Shown one piece after another: positions 25,451 to 39,479 of a stretch of 64,000 nt of DNA. Where the stretch lies: contig OX597817.1 in the NCBI GenBank assembly GCA_951406725.2, positions 81,654,001-81,718,000 of the forward strand. Reading direction: 5' to 3'. Below the pieces are notes generated by a model. That model was given only the letters and a program-made list of their open reading frames with translations. It had not been told where the DNA came from and did not search any database. Both the position numbers and the translations under genes were made by a program. Origin of the DNA: Octopus vulgaris. Lineage: Eukaryota. The first letter of the stretch is position 1. Every line of letters starts with the position of its first letter.

Positions 25451-26064
25451 AAAAAACAAAATTTATTTACATACATACCAAACTACTTTCAACAATTTTT
25501 TGTTTATCAATGGTAACAATTTGAAATTGCGAAATAGAAAAACATTTGAATCATTCAATGTTTATAAAATTCAATAATATCAAATATGGTTTAAATGTTC
25601 ACAGCATTCAGTAATATAAAACATGTAGATCATCTTGTTTAAATGCATAAAATTCAATAGTGTTAGAAGTGATCAATTAGAAAAGTTGATCATCAAAGGT
25701 TCGGTCATACTGAGTTAAGAGGGAGAAAAACAAGAGAGAAATGAAGATAGCAAAAAAAGGGGGGTTTTGTTACAGTTTCTGTGATTCTTTTTCCGTTCTG
25801 TGTAGGGATTTTTGCTTGTAACGGCGTTTTATTTTTTAATCCAGCGTATTTATAATTTGTTCCGTGGACGTATCTAATTTTTGATTCGTTAAATTACTGA
25901 TGACGTTTTATTTTTCTGGTAGTCAAGTTTTCCGTTCTGCTCCGTTGACGTCCCTGTGGGAAACGGTCATCAACCATTCCAGTTAGTTGATTCTCTTAAA
26001 GGGTTATTTTGTTATTTTTAGTGAAGTTCGGTTTTGATCTGAGGTAAAATTCATTGGTCTAGAG

Positions 26065-26372
26065 CAGTGGTCCCCAAAGTGGGAGGTATTGCCTCTTTGG
26101 GGGCGGTGGAAAGTTCCAAAGGGGCGTTGAAGAAAAGTTGGCCGATAATCGGGTAGCAATTCATGTAAAAGTAGGGCGATAATGGGGTAGCGATTCATGT
26201 AAAAACAACAAAATAATGAGTTCATTAGGTTAAGTTTTATTTGTGAAATACAGTCATTTTGAATTTGTTTCAGAAAGAGGTCTATGTTTGTAATGGTTAG
26301 TTGGAGAGGGGCGCTAGGAATGTGGCCTGGGTATCAAGGGAGCGGCAGCCCGAAAAAGTTTGGGAACTACTG
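26065..26372. mobile_element. Non-autonomous hAT (Charlie-type) transposon/MITE, 308 bp
   Basis: TIRs cagtggtccccaaa / tttgggaactactg and a perfect 8-bp TSD gtctagag (26057-26064 and 26373-26380) matching the NTCTAGAN target of hAT-Charlie. Confidence 0.9.
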
Positions 26373-28214
26373 GTCTAGAGTAAGGCGATTTTAGCAAACT
26401 ATGCATGAATATGAAAAATTGTTTTTTTCTCTTTTAAATGACATAGCTTTAAACACAAGCCTATTAATTAACATAATGTTGTTCATAGTAATAACAACAC
26501 CAGAAAAATAAACTTCATTTTAAGAACTTACAATATTCAATGTTATACTCTATATTAGTAAGACAAACTCTTCGTAACTATTTAATTATATCATCCCAGG
26601 ATCTGTTGTGATGGATAAAGGAGCATATCTTATCAAAGATACGATCGTGAATTATCCTACCGTATAATCTCAAATGATTCTTCAAGCCATAGCTGGTACT
26701 ACGTTCGATACTGAGTAATTGTTGGTAATCAAATACTGAAAGTGGTTGCTATCCCGACCGTTCTTGCAGTCTCGAAACCCATTAAAACAAAGACCAAAAT
26801 ATTCGACAATTTCACTGTCACTCGATGAAGAATATGAAAACTATCGATACTATCATTTTGAATGTCAATGTGTAGCAGTTTTTTCTAAAAGGCAAGCCTG
26901 TTATTCATCAGGCGTCACGTCCAGTTGTCTATCTGAAATCTGTCTGGTAGCATTTTGTTCACGACGGGCCTCAGGTTTATAGTTAGTCTCAAGGTTACTA
27001 TGAGCTTCATTCTTAGCTATATTAGCTTGAAATCTTTATTGTTGCTGCTGGCTTTAGAACCCGCTTAAGTTTAGCACGTGAGAATGTTCCAAGTGTGGGA
27101 CATCTTTTCTTGACGTATTACTGATGGAAAAAAATCATTTGTAGAAAATCACTGTGACTATTTAGTCTCGCATCCACAAAACTTGACTTCCTGCTTAATT
27201 AAAAATCAGCTGAAACGTCGTTTTCAGTAATTATCGTGTCATACCAGTACAATCATCACTAACTCTACATTAATCAAGTACTCCCCTTTAAAACTGCTGG
27301 TTATCTCTTGATTTCTTGGAATCACTGTTTTCAAACTGCTTTCAATAAAACAATGGAAAAGCGAAATAAAGGAAAAAGAAAATAAGGAACGAAGACAAAA
27401 GAAGGAACGAAGACAAAAGAGGAGCATTGGACAAAGAATGTGCAGCTTGGGAGACCTGAAGTTGCAGAAAATGCATGATATGCACCATATGAGGGTGGGA
27501 AAAACATTGTTTTCGGTCTGAAATTTGACTCAGATGTCCGTAGGGATCACGAGGTTCGAACAGCGATTGGCTCATCGGATGATGAAGCCAGTAACTAAAG
27601 ATGAGAAACGGTCGAGGCCAACATTGCAATTCTGTGAAGGTTGCACAAGGAGCGATGTCCACGTTGGTGGGCAACCAACTACGAGATGATGTGAAGGTCG
27701 GGGTTATACTGGATTTCTCAGCTGAACTTGGATGGCAACAATTGTACTGATGAGTACATATAGACTGTTAATACCTTCTCGTTGTTTAGAGATATTTTGT
27801 AGAGGGATGCTCGCTATTGCATGAAGTGATCTTGATATCAGGAGAATGTGTGGTGCTGTGAGCTATAGGAGTAGATGGAGATGATCATCTGGAATGGTGG
27901 GCAGAAGTGACACTGGGAGCAAATCGGCTGAGTATGACGTTTCGTCGAAAAAGACTGTTTGCATGCGTGAGTAGATGGGTAAGGAATGAAGTACGATTTC
28001 TCTGCAGCCTTTGGTAGTTGTACATTCATCCTGCTTGTTCGCAACGGAGCTCTGTGTTCTCTTTCTTCTTCTGCGTGAGGACCTGTGGTTAAGGACGAAA
28101 CCATTGTTATTCGTTTACTGGTCACCTGTTAAGCTCAAGTATGCCCCACATTAAAGTACTACTGGCATATCAAGGACAGTGTAGCTTGTTTAAGTCTGTC
28201 ATGTGCCCTAGGAC

Positions 28215-28472
28215 TCATAAGACCGCAGCTTATCCAGGTTCTCATGGCGTGTAAGTGACTGAGATGACAATACTTCCTCTCTGATTGAGACGCGAATCCA
28301 TTGTGAAGATAACTTCCCAGTTATTCCTGAAATTCATTTGCTTCCGAGTGAACTGGAGCAACGTGAAAGTGTTTTGCTCAAGAATACAACGCATTACTCG
28401 GTTCAGGAATTGAAACCGCGATCTTAAGCTCGTGTGTATCATACCCTAACGACTAGGCCATGCGCGTTCACG
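28215..28472 (-). mobile_element. SINE family C
   Basis: tttgctcaagaatacaacgc...caggaattgaaacc...accctaacgactaggccatgcgc. Confidence 0.7.
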
Positions 28473-29214
28473 ATGGTGCAGCCACTGTTGCTGCTATATT
28501 TTAAAAAAACATCATAGAAGACCGTATCCAAACGAAACAGTACAACCAGTGGCTCACAGATTATCTCTTCTCTCAGCTCCTGGGAGCTAGCAACCCAGAA
28601 GCCGCCTACCCCCGAACCCAATCTATGCTTATTCCCCCACACTGTAACTTACTCTGCCTATCCAACACCTAACAGGTACTTAATCATTCATTCCTTGATC
28701 TGCAACCCTTTTGGAAATTTATTCATTATGTGAGCCCTTACAAAATCCAAAAACACAGCCCTTCATCCTCTTCGGGCTGTATTTTCGGTACTGAATTTTT
28801 CAATCATTTCTAGAACATACTTGCGCCTCTAGACACAATCATCAGTGAAGACTATCCAATTCCCTTGGCTGGTTTGCCTTTACTGTTTTGCTTCTACTCC
28901 CTGTGCTAAACACTTCATCTAAACCTTTACCTAGAATTGCAAGCTTCTGAGGTTCTTTCTTACTCGACATTTTCCCCTATAACTAAAACAGCAACCATAT
29001 AATTCTAGGAAGGCGTGTGAAGGCAAAAGAACCTCCCCACCTTTTTGGATTATACAAAAAAAATAATTTGCTATTGAATCAAAATAACAAACAACTGCAC
29101 CTGAATGAACAGAGCAATTTAAGGCGTGCCGCATTTACATATGATATACATAGGTGTAAATGTATATGCGAGTAGTTATATATATGCATGTATGCTTGTA
29201 TATACACACACGGG

Positions 29215-29268
<54 letters not shown>

Positions 29269-29448
29269 CATATTGTGTGTGTGTGTATACATGCGTTGTA
29301 TACAGTTAAATGCACACACACAAACACACACACACATTCTTGAAATTTATGAGTAAACAAATGAAAGATAGTAGAACTTAAGACATGTGAGAGTTAAAAG
29401 TGTTTAGGAGAGTGTTGTAGTTCGCTTGAAGCATTGTGTATTGTTTGT

Positions 29449-29784
29449 AAAGAATAATAAGTTTTGAATGGTACAACAATGCACAATAATACAGACAATG
29501 GGCTATATACCTGTTGTAATTGAGTCATCCATAGTCTGATATGATATTTCGGAATAATGTTCCTTCTTCAGATATTCTTAGATGGAGTCGCTGCTATAAT
29601 CGGTTTTCTAACGGCTTTTCTTTTTTATTTATTTTTATATATATAGTAAAGTCGTTAGAAAACTGATTATAGCAGCGACTCCATCTAAGAATATCTGAAG
29701 AAGGAATATTATTCCGAAATATCATATCAGACTATGGATGACTAGTGCATTGTTGTACCATTCAAAAAACTTTTTATTCTTTAA
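29449..29784. repeat. Palindrome of two pLTR-like arms, each with a hammerhead-like motif
   Basis: + arm 29695: CTGAAGA-a-ggaat-att-attcc-GAAAT-atcat-ATC; mirror copy at ~29533-29572. Confidence 0.75.
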
Positions 29785-31002
29785 AAGTGTTTATTAACAA
29801 TCTGACACGACTTCACATACTCAATGTTTCGTTAACTTAGATAATCTCCTAATTCACCAAATGTCGATGTCCGGCGTGAAGGGAAATAAAAATGGTTTTT
29901 AAGAGAGAATTATTGCGGGAGAAGTTCCTTCGATTCACTCTTGTCGTGCAAACAAATTGGTTAAACAGCGACAACAGATAATTCTGTTTCGGATTCCACG
30001 TGATAGATTGAACATGTTTGTGGTGCCTAGTGATTGTACATACAAGCTTGTATGATTTTGTCAACGACGTCAAATAGGAATGGGAAGAAATGGAATGGAA
30101 TGAATATGCTTAGTGTTCCAAGTGGAGAGGTAACTGATCTAGTGATGTGTCAGGTTATACATTCCATACGTTAACAACATTCCATAGAAACGTACATATA
30201 CCTATCTGTCTCAGGTGACTGTGCTGTGTATCGTGCAATAAGCAGCGTATGATATATTTATTTGTAGCTGTGTATTTTGTACTGGCAGTCTGCACTGATA
30301 TTATGCGGAAAGGGAATCTCATTATAAACAAATGGGTCGTTTACGTTGAATTATATATGAGATAGCTGGAATTACGACGGTCTTTATCAGCAACCAATAG
30401 TTTAAAGTTCATTAAAAGAGCATTTCTTTGGTGGCATTAATACGATAGATTAGTTTTCTTGTTAATTGATATTGCAGGCTGTTGTCATATATGAAATTTC
30501 ACTTGGGGTTGGCAATTGTCGGCTCAGGCGCGGTCCCAGGAATTTTTTGAAGGGATCGTATAAGGTCAGAAGGGATTATAATTCCAGGAGAAAAGGGCAT
30601 AATAACATTATTTAGAAGTGCACATACTTCTTGAGAAGTGCACATACCCCCCAGGCTCCCCTTGAGAGCCTGAGCTCCAGATAGGTAAGAAGAGACTCTG
30701 TCGAGATGATACTCCATATGATGTTGGGTTGGTCCTGGAGTGGTTTGACGAAACGGGACAGGGAAGTGATTTCTCCCTCTTTCAGTACCTGAAGAAGACA
30801 TATTGTCTCTTCAAATCATTGGCTATTAAATCCGTATAGTTTCTCGTGATGCCATCGAATGGTGAGAGGATAATTCTATATAGCCCTTCCAGGAATTTTG
30901 CATTCGAAGGTAGAATCCTCTCAGTGGACAGTTTGTAGGATTTCAGAGTTATAGATTGGAGTATAGAGTAGCATCATACGTGTACATGTGAATATGTATA
31001 TA

Positions 31003-31550
31003 GGAGCAAAAGTAATGACAAGCAAACTAGGCAAGTCGACTTACATTGAATATTAAATACATTTGATACAAAAAATGTACATGTGTATGGATATAAAACA
31101 GTCCGATTTACAGAATATAAATGACATCAGGAGTTAAGTGGGTAGAGTTTTACGAGTCTAACAGCTGTCTCTGGGGCTTGGTGGTCCGGAATAATGATAG
31201 TTACTTGGCTCCATTCTCGGACAACACTGCCTCCGTCGTCAGGGGTGAGTTTTACATTTGAAGTGTTGACAGGATGGAATTCAACAACTCAAATGTAAGA
31301 CTCTCCCCTGAAGATGGAGACAGTGTTATCCGATAATGGATCCAAGTAACTATAATTATTCTGGACTACCAAGCCACCAGAAATAGCTATTGGACTCGTA
31401 AAACGCTGCCCATTTAACTCCTGATATCATTTATATTCTGTAAGTCGGATTATTTTATATCCATACACATGTACATTTTTTGTATTAAGTTTATTTAATA
31501 TTCTATGTAAATCGACTTACCTAACTTGCTTGTCCTTACTTTTACTCCTC
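31003..31550. repeat. ~550-bp imperfect palindrome with a degenerate hammerhead in each arm
   Basis: + arm 31308: CTGAAGA-tgg...cca-GAAAT-AGCT-ATT; - arm: CTGACGA-cgg...cca-GAGAC-AGCT-GTT; centre ~31273. Confidence 0.8.
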
Positions 31551-31627
31551 TACCTGCCCATGATCAAATCTCTTGAGCACATCGAAGTGTATTCTGTATA
31601 GAGAGCACCTGTCCCTAACTTATCTAA

Positions 31628-32531
31628 CGGAATCTTGGGGTTAGTAGCTCGCGCACTTAACCACTATGGTATATGCCCGTAGAGAATTATGGAGTGAATT
31701 TTCGAGCTTATAAATCTAATATTTTTCTATACTTCCTTAATACCGGTTCCCATATGCTACTCATCTCTGCACTTGGTCTGCTTAGGAGGTTGTTGTGTCC
31801 TAGCATATGTGCTGCTTCTTTTAGTTTTCGTATTTTTCAGTGGTGTTCTCTGTCTGTTATTTTAACTTCATCCCACAGAGGGAGGTGGTCTCCATTTTTC
31901 CATACATGATCAGCTATACCCGATTTGTCAATATCTCCTCGTGTCACAGCTTTGAGATGTTCGTCTACTCTTATTTTGAGGGGGCGGCATGTTTCGCCTT
32001 TTTATAACCTGCCACAGCCGCATGGGATGGAGTACACACATTCTTTGGTCATATTCTCTTCTATTAGTGGTTTTACTTAAAGGAGATATTTGCGAAGTGT
32101 TGTATTACTCTTGAATACTCTCCTGATGTCATATGGGCTGCATATCTTTTGTATCTTTTCGGAGAGGCCTTTCACATAGGGTAGACAGACAGTGGACAGT
32201 TTATTAGCCTCATCCTCTCTCTTCTTCATAAGTTGAGTGGATAGTATACTTTTGGGGTAGTTGTTGCATAACAAATCGTTATTGGACTCGATCATTTCTT
32301 CGTGGTGTGTATCATGATCGCTACTTATATTCTTTGCATGATGTTTTAGGCACTGAGAAAATCCTTCTCTTTACACTGTATGGATGGTGGGAATTGAAGT
32401 TGAGGTATCGTCCAGTAAAGGGCGGCTTGCAGTGTACGGATGTCCTGAATCCATAACACGCACCAAGCAACAACTACCCCAAGATTCCGAGTTCGATTTC
32501 AAGCAGTGACCTGAACAACAACAACAACAAC

Positions 32532-32593
<62 letters not shown>

Positions 32594-32760
32594 CAACAAC
32601 ATCGAATGAGAACCTAGGTTCGAAATTTCCCTAAGACACCTGAAGAAGGCTGGAGGGTATATCAGCCGAAACAAACAAGATGAGGTCAAATATCCGTCGA
32701 ATGTAAATAATGTAAATAATGAACATAATTCCTCATCCATTAATATAGAACTGTAAAACG
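31628..32760 (-). mobile_element. 5'-truncated PLE of a different type (Penelope/Poseidon-like GIY-YIG) with inverted pLTR
   Basis: 31740-32470 minus: CLPYVKGLSEKIQKIC...FKSNTTLRKYL...CVYSIPCGCG..KGETCRPLKIRVDEH...SGIADHVW...RKLKEAAHM, with frameshifts. 32473-32760 (+) overlaps the 3' pLTR sequence in inverted orientation and has a partial HHR at 32640-32672. Confidence 0.85.
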
Positions 32761-33039
32761 TTAGAGATTTTTAAAGATGTTTAACTACACCATTTACATA
32801 TATTTCATTAACAGAAATAATTAGTAGTTACATAATTGTCAAAACTTCAGAGACATATATAACGTTTATACGTAACATCACTGGATTAAAGATTTCTTCA
32901 AAGAAGTAGCCATCGCAGAGTTGGTTGCTGTCTTCACGATGGTTACTTTCGTCAAGAATTCTACACTCCACTAACGTTGCGTATAAAGGTAACACCTTAC
33001 TGAAGAGTTGACGATGCGGTTTGATTATGTAATTTACAT

Positions 33040-33240
33040 CACGCAAATGGCCGTGAAAGGCGAGCGCTACGACATAAAGTGGATCATTTTAGAATAATGC
33101 AAGGCATATTTCAATAGCAGCAGAAAGTGTAGGTCATGTTTGGTCGAGAAAAGCATCATATTAAAAAATTTCCTGCACCGGACATCTACCTAAACTACAG
33201 AGGTGAGATTTTTAGTCTTTGCCCACATAAAGACTATCAC
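33040..33240 (+). pseudogene. Remnant of a PLE GIY-YIG C-terminus
   Basis: YDIKWIILE*CKAYFNSSRKCRSCLVEKSII resembles the W.IL...KC.LC..EK ending of the PLEs at 53465 and ~61400. Confidence 0.6.
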
Positions 33241-33279
33241 CATGACTCGTACATACATACATACATACATACATACATA

Positions 33280-33657
33280 CACTGGCGAAAATAAATTTAA
33301 GACCGATGATAAAAGTTCTATTTCTTACAAAATATTTTGTTACTAACACCATACAAATTATTTTCAATTTTTACACCTTATACAAAATGGGTGTGACCAC
33401 CCATTTTGGTAAAAAAATTTGTATACGTATTACATGGTCTTAAACTAATTTTACCGGTAAATTTGAAATGTCTATATTAATTTAGCATTAGAATTCTTCA
33501 AGTTGTATAAAAAATAGTTATTGACTGCATCATTCGAAAGAGAAATAAATTCTGCATAAGGTGTAAAAGATAAGAATAATTTGTATGGTGTTAGTAAGAA
33601 AATATTTTGTAAGAAATAGAACTTTTATCATCGGTTTTAAATTTATTTTCGCCAGTG
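33280..33657. mobile_element. MITE, 378 bp, ~105-bp TIRs, TA-flanked, inside (TACA)n
   Basis: ta-cactggcgaaaataaatttaa... / ...ttaaatttattttcgccagtg-ta. Confidence 0.85.
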
Positions 33658-34520
33658 TACATAATACACATACATACATACATACATACATACATACATA
33701 CATACATACATACATACATACATACATACATACATACATACATACATGTATCAAAACAAACGACCGGAAAATTTGTATATATTTTCAATTCCGTGTGACA
33801 CGTGTTTCATTACAGGATGTGAGTTTACTAAGTTATACACGTAGAAAAATGCTTAGATTCTCCTATCCGTAATTCTCAGATAAAGATAAAAAAAAAATAC
33901 TAAATAATAAAACTATTTTTGAATCTTTGTAAAATCACAGATACGAGATTCTATACATCTTTTCTACATGTATATCTTTATAACTCCTATCCTGTAACGA
34001 AACACGAATAACATGGAGTTAAAGATAAAACAACTTTTTCACTCTTCTCTTTTGGTATTTGATTGCTCGTTAAAAAGAATTCACTGGAAATTTCAATTGC
34101 TGTATCTATCCTATTCGATATAAAACATCTTAATACATACATTTGATTAATGTGAACATGTGGATATGCTTCACAAGGATACATTTTGGATCATGATCCA
34201 TTATATACACTATGTACACATGCATATATTTGTATGTAAATATATGCATGTACACACCATACTTTAGAGAATACCACAAAATTTTACATTTCAGCTATGG
34301 CTGCCATATTAATGTAAAAAATACAAACCAGGAGTCAGGCTGTTTCGGAGTGAGTCACTGATTTTACAAACAGAAATAATCTCTAGTGCATACATTGCAC
34401 ATACATACATACATACATACATACATACATACATACATACATACATACATACATACTCACACATATACATACATATATGCATGCATGCATATGCACATAC
34501 ACAAATGCATGCATACGTGC

Positions 34521-34582
<62 letters not shown>

Positions 34583-34680
34583 GCACATAGATATATGTAT
34601 GTATAGCTATCTGTATATTCATACACTGAGACACATATATGAAAATATGCCTGCGTGTACATAGTGCATACACACATACA

Positions 34681-35106
34681 TAGGCGCAGGAGTGGCTGTG
34701 TGGTAAGTAGCTTGCTAACCAACCACATGGTTCTGGGTTCAGTTCCACTGCGTGGCATCTTGGGCAAGTGTCTTCTTCTATAGCCTCGGGCCGACCAAAA
34801 CCTTGTGAGTGGATTTGGTAGACGGAAACTGAAAAGAAGCCCGTCGTATATATGTATATATATATATATGCGTGTGTGTGTTTGTGTGTCTGTGTTTGTC
34901 CCCCTAGCATTGCTTGACAACCAATGCTGGTGTGTTTATGTCCCCGTTACTTAGCGGTTCGGCAAAAGAGACCGATAGAATAAGTACTGGACTTACAAAG
35001 AATAAGTCCCGGGGTCGAGTTGCTCGATTAAAAAAGGCGGTGCTCCAGCGTGGCCGCAGTCAAATGACTGAAACAAGTAAAAGAGTAAAAGAGAGAGTAA
35101 AAGAGT
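34681..35106 (+). mobile_element. SINE family A, full-length reference copy
   Basis: ggcgcaggagtggctgtgtggtaag (A-box), gggttcagttcc (B-box), internal (TA)(TG) tract, (aaaagagt)n tail. Confidence 0.9.
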
Positions 35107-35272
35107 ATACATATATACATACATGCATGTCCGCATACATACATATTTGTATACATGCGTGCTTACATGCAAATATACATACGTATATACAAACATACAT
35201 TCATACACATGCGTTCATACATAAATATATGCCTATTTACACATATACATAAATATATACATATATGTGTGC

Positions 35273-35338
<66 letters not shown>

Positions 35339-35340
<2 letters not shown>

Positions 35341-35610
35341 TCTAGCTGTCGGCTACTAAGCCGGCACCCCCACCAAGATAGCCTGGTGAGGATGGTTACT
35401 AGAAACCCAGCAGGACTAAAACCAAAACCAGTTAAAAGGCCGGATGAACCTAGTGCATGTTCAACGACTCTCTAGCAATAGCATGGGCACGCAGAAATTC
35501 CGAGATGGTGTCCGGCGTGCTGGAAGGCCACTGGGAGTGAAGCATCCCTTAGCTGTTGTTGAAGCATGTGTCTAGGAGAGGCTACTCTGATATATAACCA
35601 GATATACAGG
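35339..35610 (+). mobile_element. Possible LINE (RTE-like) 5' UTR fragment
   Basis: GC-richer island starting right after (TA)n; gtctaggagaggctactctgatatataacc resembles RTE 5' UTR motifs. Based on resemblance only. Confidence 0.3.
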
Positions 35611-35616
35611 GAATGG

Positions 35617-35840
35617 TACTCTTTTACTCTTACTCTTTTACTTTGTTTCAGTCATTTGACTGCGGCCATGCTAGAGCATCGCCTTTAGTCGAGCAAATCG
35701 ACCCCAGAACTTATTCTTTGTAAGCCTAGTACTTATTCTATCGGTCTCTTTTGCCGAACTGCTAAGTTACGGGGACGTAAACACACCAGCATCGGTTGTC
35801 AAGCGATGTTGGGGGACAAACACAGACACAGACACACAGA

Positions 35841-35891
<51 letters not shown>

Positions 35892-36055
35892 ACACACACA
35901 TACGACGGGCTTCTTTCAGTTTCCGTCTACCAAATCCACTCATAAGACTTTGGTCGGCCCGAGGCTATAGTAGAAGTTGCCACGCACTAGGACTGAACCC
36001 GGAACCATGTGGTTCGTTAGCAAGCTACTTACCACACTGCCACTCCTACGCCTAT
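35617..36055 (-). mobile_element. SINE family A, full length
   Basis: Reverse complement of the reference copy. Confidence 0.9.
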
Positions 36056-36057
36056 AA

Positions 36058-36092
<35 letters not shown>

Positions 36093-36484
36093 TGTATGTA
36101 TGTATGTATGTATGTATGTATGTATGTATGTATGTATGTATGTATGTATCAGGTCATCCCATAATGAATAGTTCGATTGCTACGATTACATCATGGAAAA
36201 AACCGCTTTCATCAGGTAATTTAAACTTAGGTAGAGAAGAAATAACAAAATGACTCACCTTGACAGGATCGTCAAAGCTAGTGAGTACATATGAAGAACT
36301 GTTGAAATTTATCGGATTGCGAAGGAGACACTCATAGTAGAAGTCGGAGGCAACAACAATTTCATAGAATGCTATCATGATTTATTTAGGTCTCCAGAGG
36401 GGACTAGAGAGATATCGATATGAGAGGAAGACAGAAAGGAAAAAGACAAGGAACAATGATTATGAGGAAATGGGGATATATATA

Positions 36485-36531
<47 letters not shown>

Positions 36532-36552
36532 GTGTATGTGTATGTACGTATG

Positions 36553-36988
<436 letters not shown>

Positions 36989-37010
36989 TCTCTCTCTCTC
37001 TCTCTCTCTC

Positions 37011-37068
<58 letters not shown>

Positions 37069-37512
37069 CAAATAAAAATAATATACGATGGATAATTGTC
37101 AGCTGTAATGAGCTGACAGTTATCCATCGTACGTTATTATTCATTTGATTTCACCAAAGGAATTTACGACTTGTCAGTCACCCTAGAGTATACCAACAAC
37201 GTACTACTCAAAGTAACGTGTAATTTGGATTAGCCCCTTAGGCGCTAAATACTCATAGGATTGGTTTCCTCTGTGTACACAACCGAAATATCCTATTTGA
37301 TATTTCGACTCTCACGAGCCATAGGCAGGGACCACAGATTTTACCCAACCCTACCTGGCACATACCTTTTCAAGTACCTGATTCTGTCGGAATTCTCATC
37401 TTACAAAGACCCATAAACATACATACACTTTACTCTCTTTTTACTCTTTTACTTGTTTCAGTTTCAATCAACTGTTCCAGGACCTTTCTCTGGTCCCGGC
37501 AACAGTTCTTCT

Positions 37513-38109
37513 TCATGTGCACAGGTGACACTTGGTGGTGGTGGTGGGGGTGCGGCGTCCCTCAATGATCACTGGGTGCCTGGAACCGGCCACTGTCAAG
37601 AAATCTAGTAAAACCAGATTTTCAGCCGATTGGGCCCATAGGGTCAAAATTGCTTTTGACCAGACCCAATCGACCGCAGGCAGTATTTTTACATTCAAGG
37701 GCCTGACAGGGCCACCACCCAGGCCTCGACGGATAGAATCCTCTATCTATTCAACCTCTATACCGGAAGGCACCCCACACACCCAAGCTCTTGTCAATTT
37801 ACGCCCACCATAAGTGGGGAGAAACAAAATCTTCCTCCCATCTATAGGTTGACTCGCAAATTTCTGAGCCTCCGTAGGGGTGTCGAAAAGCACGCACACC
37901 GTTGCGTACTTTGCACCCCTACAGATGAACCTATATGTTGGCTCAAAACCCGCCAACTCTTCTTCAATTTCACTCTGAGGGAATACACAGATGGTGTCGT
38001 GGTCCTTGCAATAGGTCCGCAACAACACCGTTCTCTCATCATAGTTTTTTAACCACTCCTTGGGGTCCACAATTCGCCACTCCAAGGCTTTCTTACGTTT
38101 GGTTGCCAT
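37513..38109 (-). pseudogene. Disrupted ORF1 of an L1/Tx1-like LINE (RRM-like region plus start of zinc knuckle)
   Basis: ORF 37747-38109 continues past one stop into ...VIIEGRRTPTTTTKCHLC; pattern FLPTYGGRKLTRAWVCGVP. Putative 5' UTR to ~38580. Family assignment is by resemblance. Confidence 0.55.
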
Positions 38110-38794
38110 TAATAAAATAGACTAAAATATAAAAGTCCACAACAAAATCAAAAATGTTCAAATCAAAGTCTCTAATACAAACACAAAAAAAGAACAAAAA
38201 GACAGACAAGAGAAAAAGAACGAAAGAAGACAATTCAAACGACAACAAAATTCAACTCTGCTAATCCTTTGTAGCACAGTTAAAAATCCCTTGCAACACA
38301 AAAAATAGCAGCAAAAAATTCCTTGTTATACTCCAAATGGTAAATTTCTGGTTGTACTGGTAAAATCTACGAAGTGCACACAGTCACATAAAATCATAAA
38401 TTTTCGGAGGGGATACGCCCCCCTCCCAAAAAAAAACACAGTTCTCACTACACAGTGAGTCTTTTTGCACGACCACAGGCAGGCAAATAACCCAGTGGAG
38501 ACCCTTGCTCGTCAAAAATTATTAATTACGAACCAACGGACTCCACTAATCTCCCACACCAAAAAACAAATGCCTTACCTGTAGTCGTGCTTCAGTTTTT
38601 CAATATTTCTACGTTGGACGACGTGACTTCGGAGTGTATAAAAACGCGAACTCTTCTGTTGTGAAGTAAGCAAGCTACTTACCACACAGCCACTCCTGCG
38701 CCATTTATGAATCTTTAAACCCCACTTTAAACACATACACACATACACACATACACACAGACACAACACACACACACACAGACATACACACACA

Positions 38795-38841
<47 letters not shown>

Positions 38842-38906
38842 ACATATATATATAGCAAACGCTATACCCGGAACCATCTCTATGTTGGATCTATAACTTG
38901 TATTGA

Positions 38907-38963
<57 letters not shown>

Positions 38964-39479
38964 CGTGCGTGTGTGTGTGTATGTGCGTGCGCCCGCGCAC
39001 ACATGTTTTCGTGTTTGAGATGACGTCTTGATGGAAGTGATATATATATATGAGATATATAGTTCCAGTGATAGTTCATAGAGTTTACTTTTCGAAGTTG
39101 ACAGCACCGTTTGTAGGTTCCTTCCAACGATGGATGGTCCCATGACAAACTGGGCTGCAAAAATGTATAATAATATATACACACACACATATGCACACGT
39201 GCGCGTACATACACATTAAAGACATGGTTGTGTAGTTAAGATCTCAACTTAACACGTGGTTTCTGGTCCATTACCAACGCGCATTATCGTGTGCAAGTGT
39301 TTTTTACTATATCACCAGGCCAATCAGTAACTGGTGGGTGTAATTAGGCAAAAATAGCATGGAAGCTCGCCAAATATGTACGTTTTCATTTTTTTATTAT
39401 TTCAAATCTTCCTCTAAGGAAGGAGCTGGTTTCTAACAATGCTCCAACATTCTAACAAAGATACAAAGCTCTAGACAAA

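Noticed and set aside
25897-25970. CTGATGA...GAAACGGTC
   Set aside because: No convincing stem II or stem I.
27340-28130. Possible decayed Ty3/Gypsy gag-protease fragment (minus strand); similar hint at 29820-30480
   Set aside because: Only vague resemblance, with no diagnostic motif readable.
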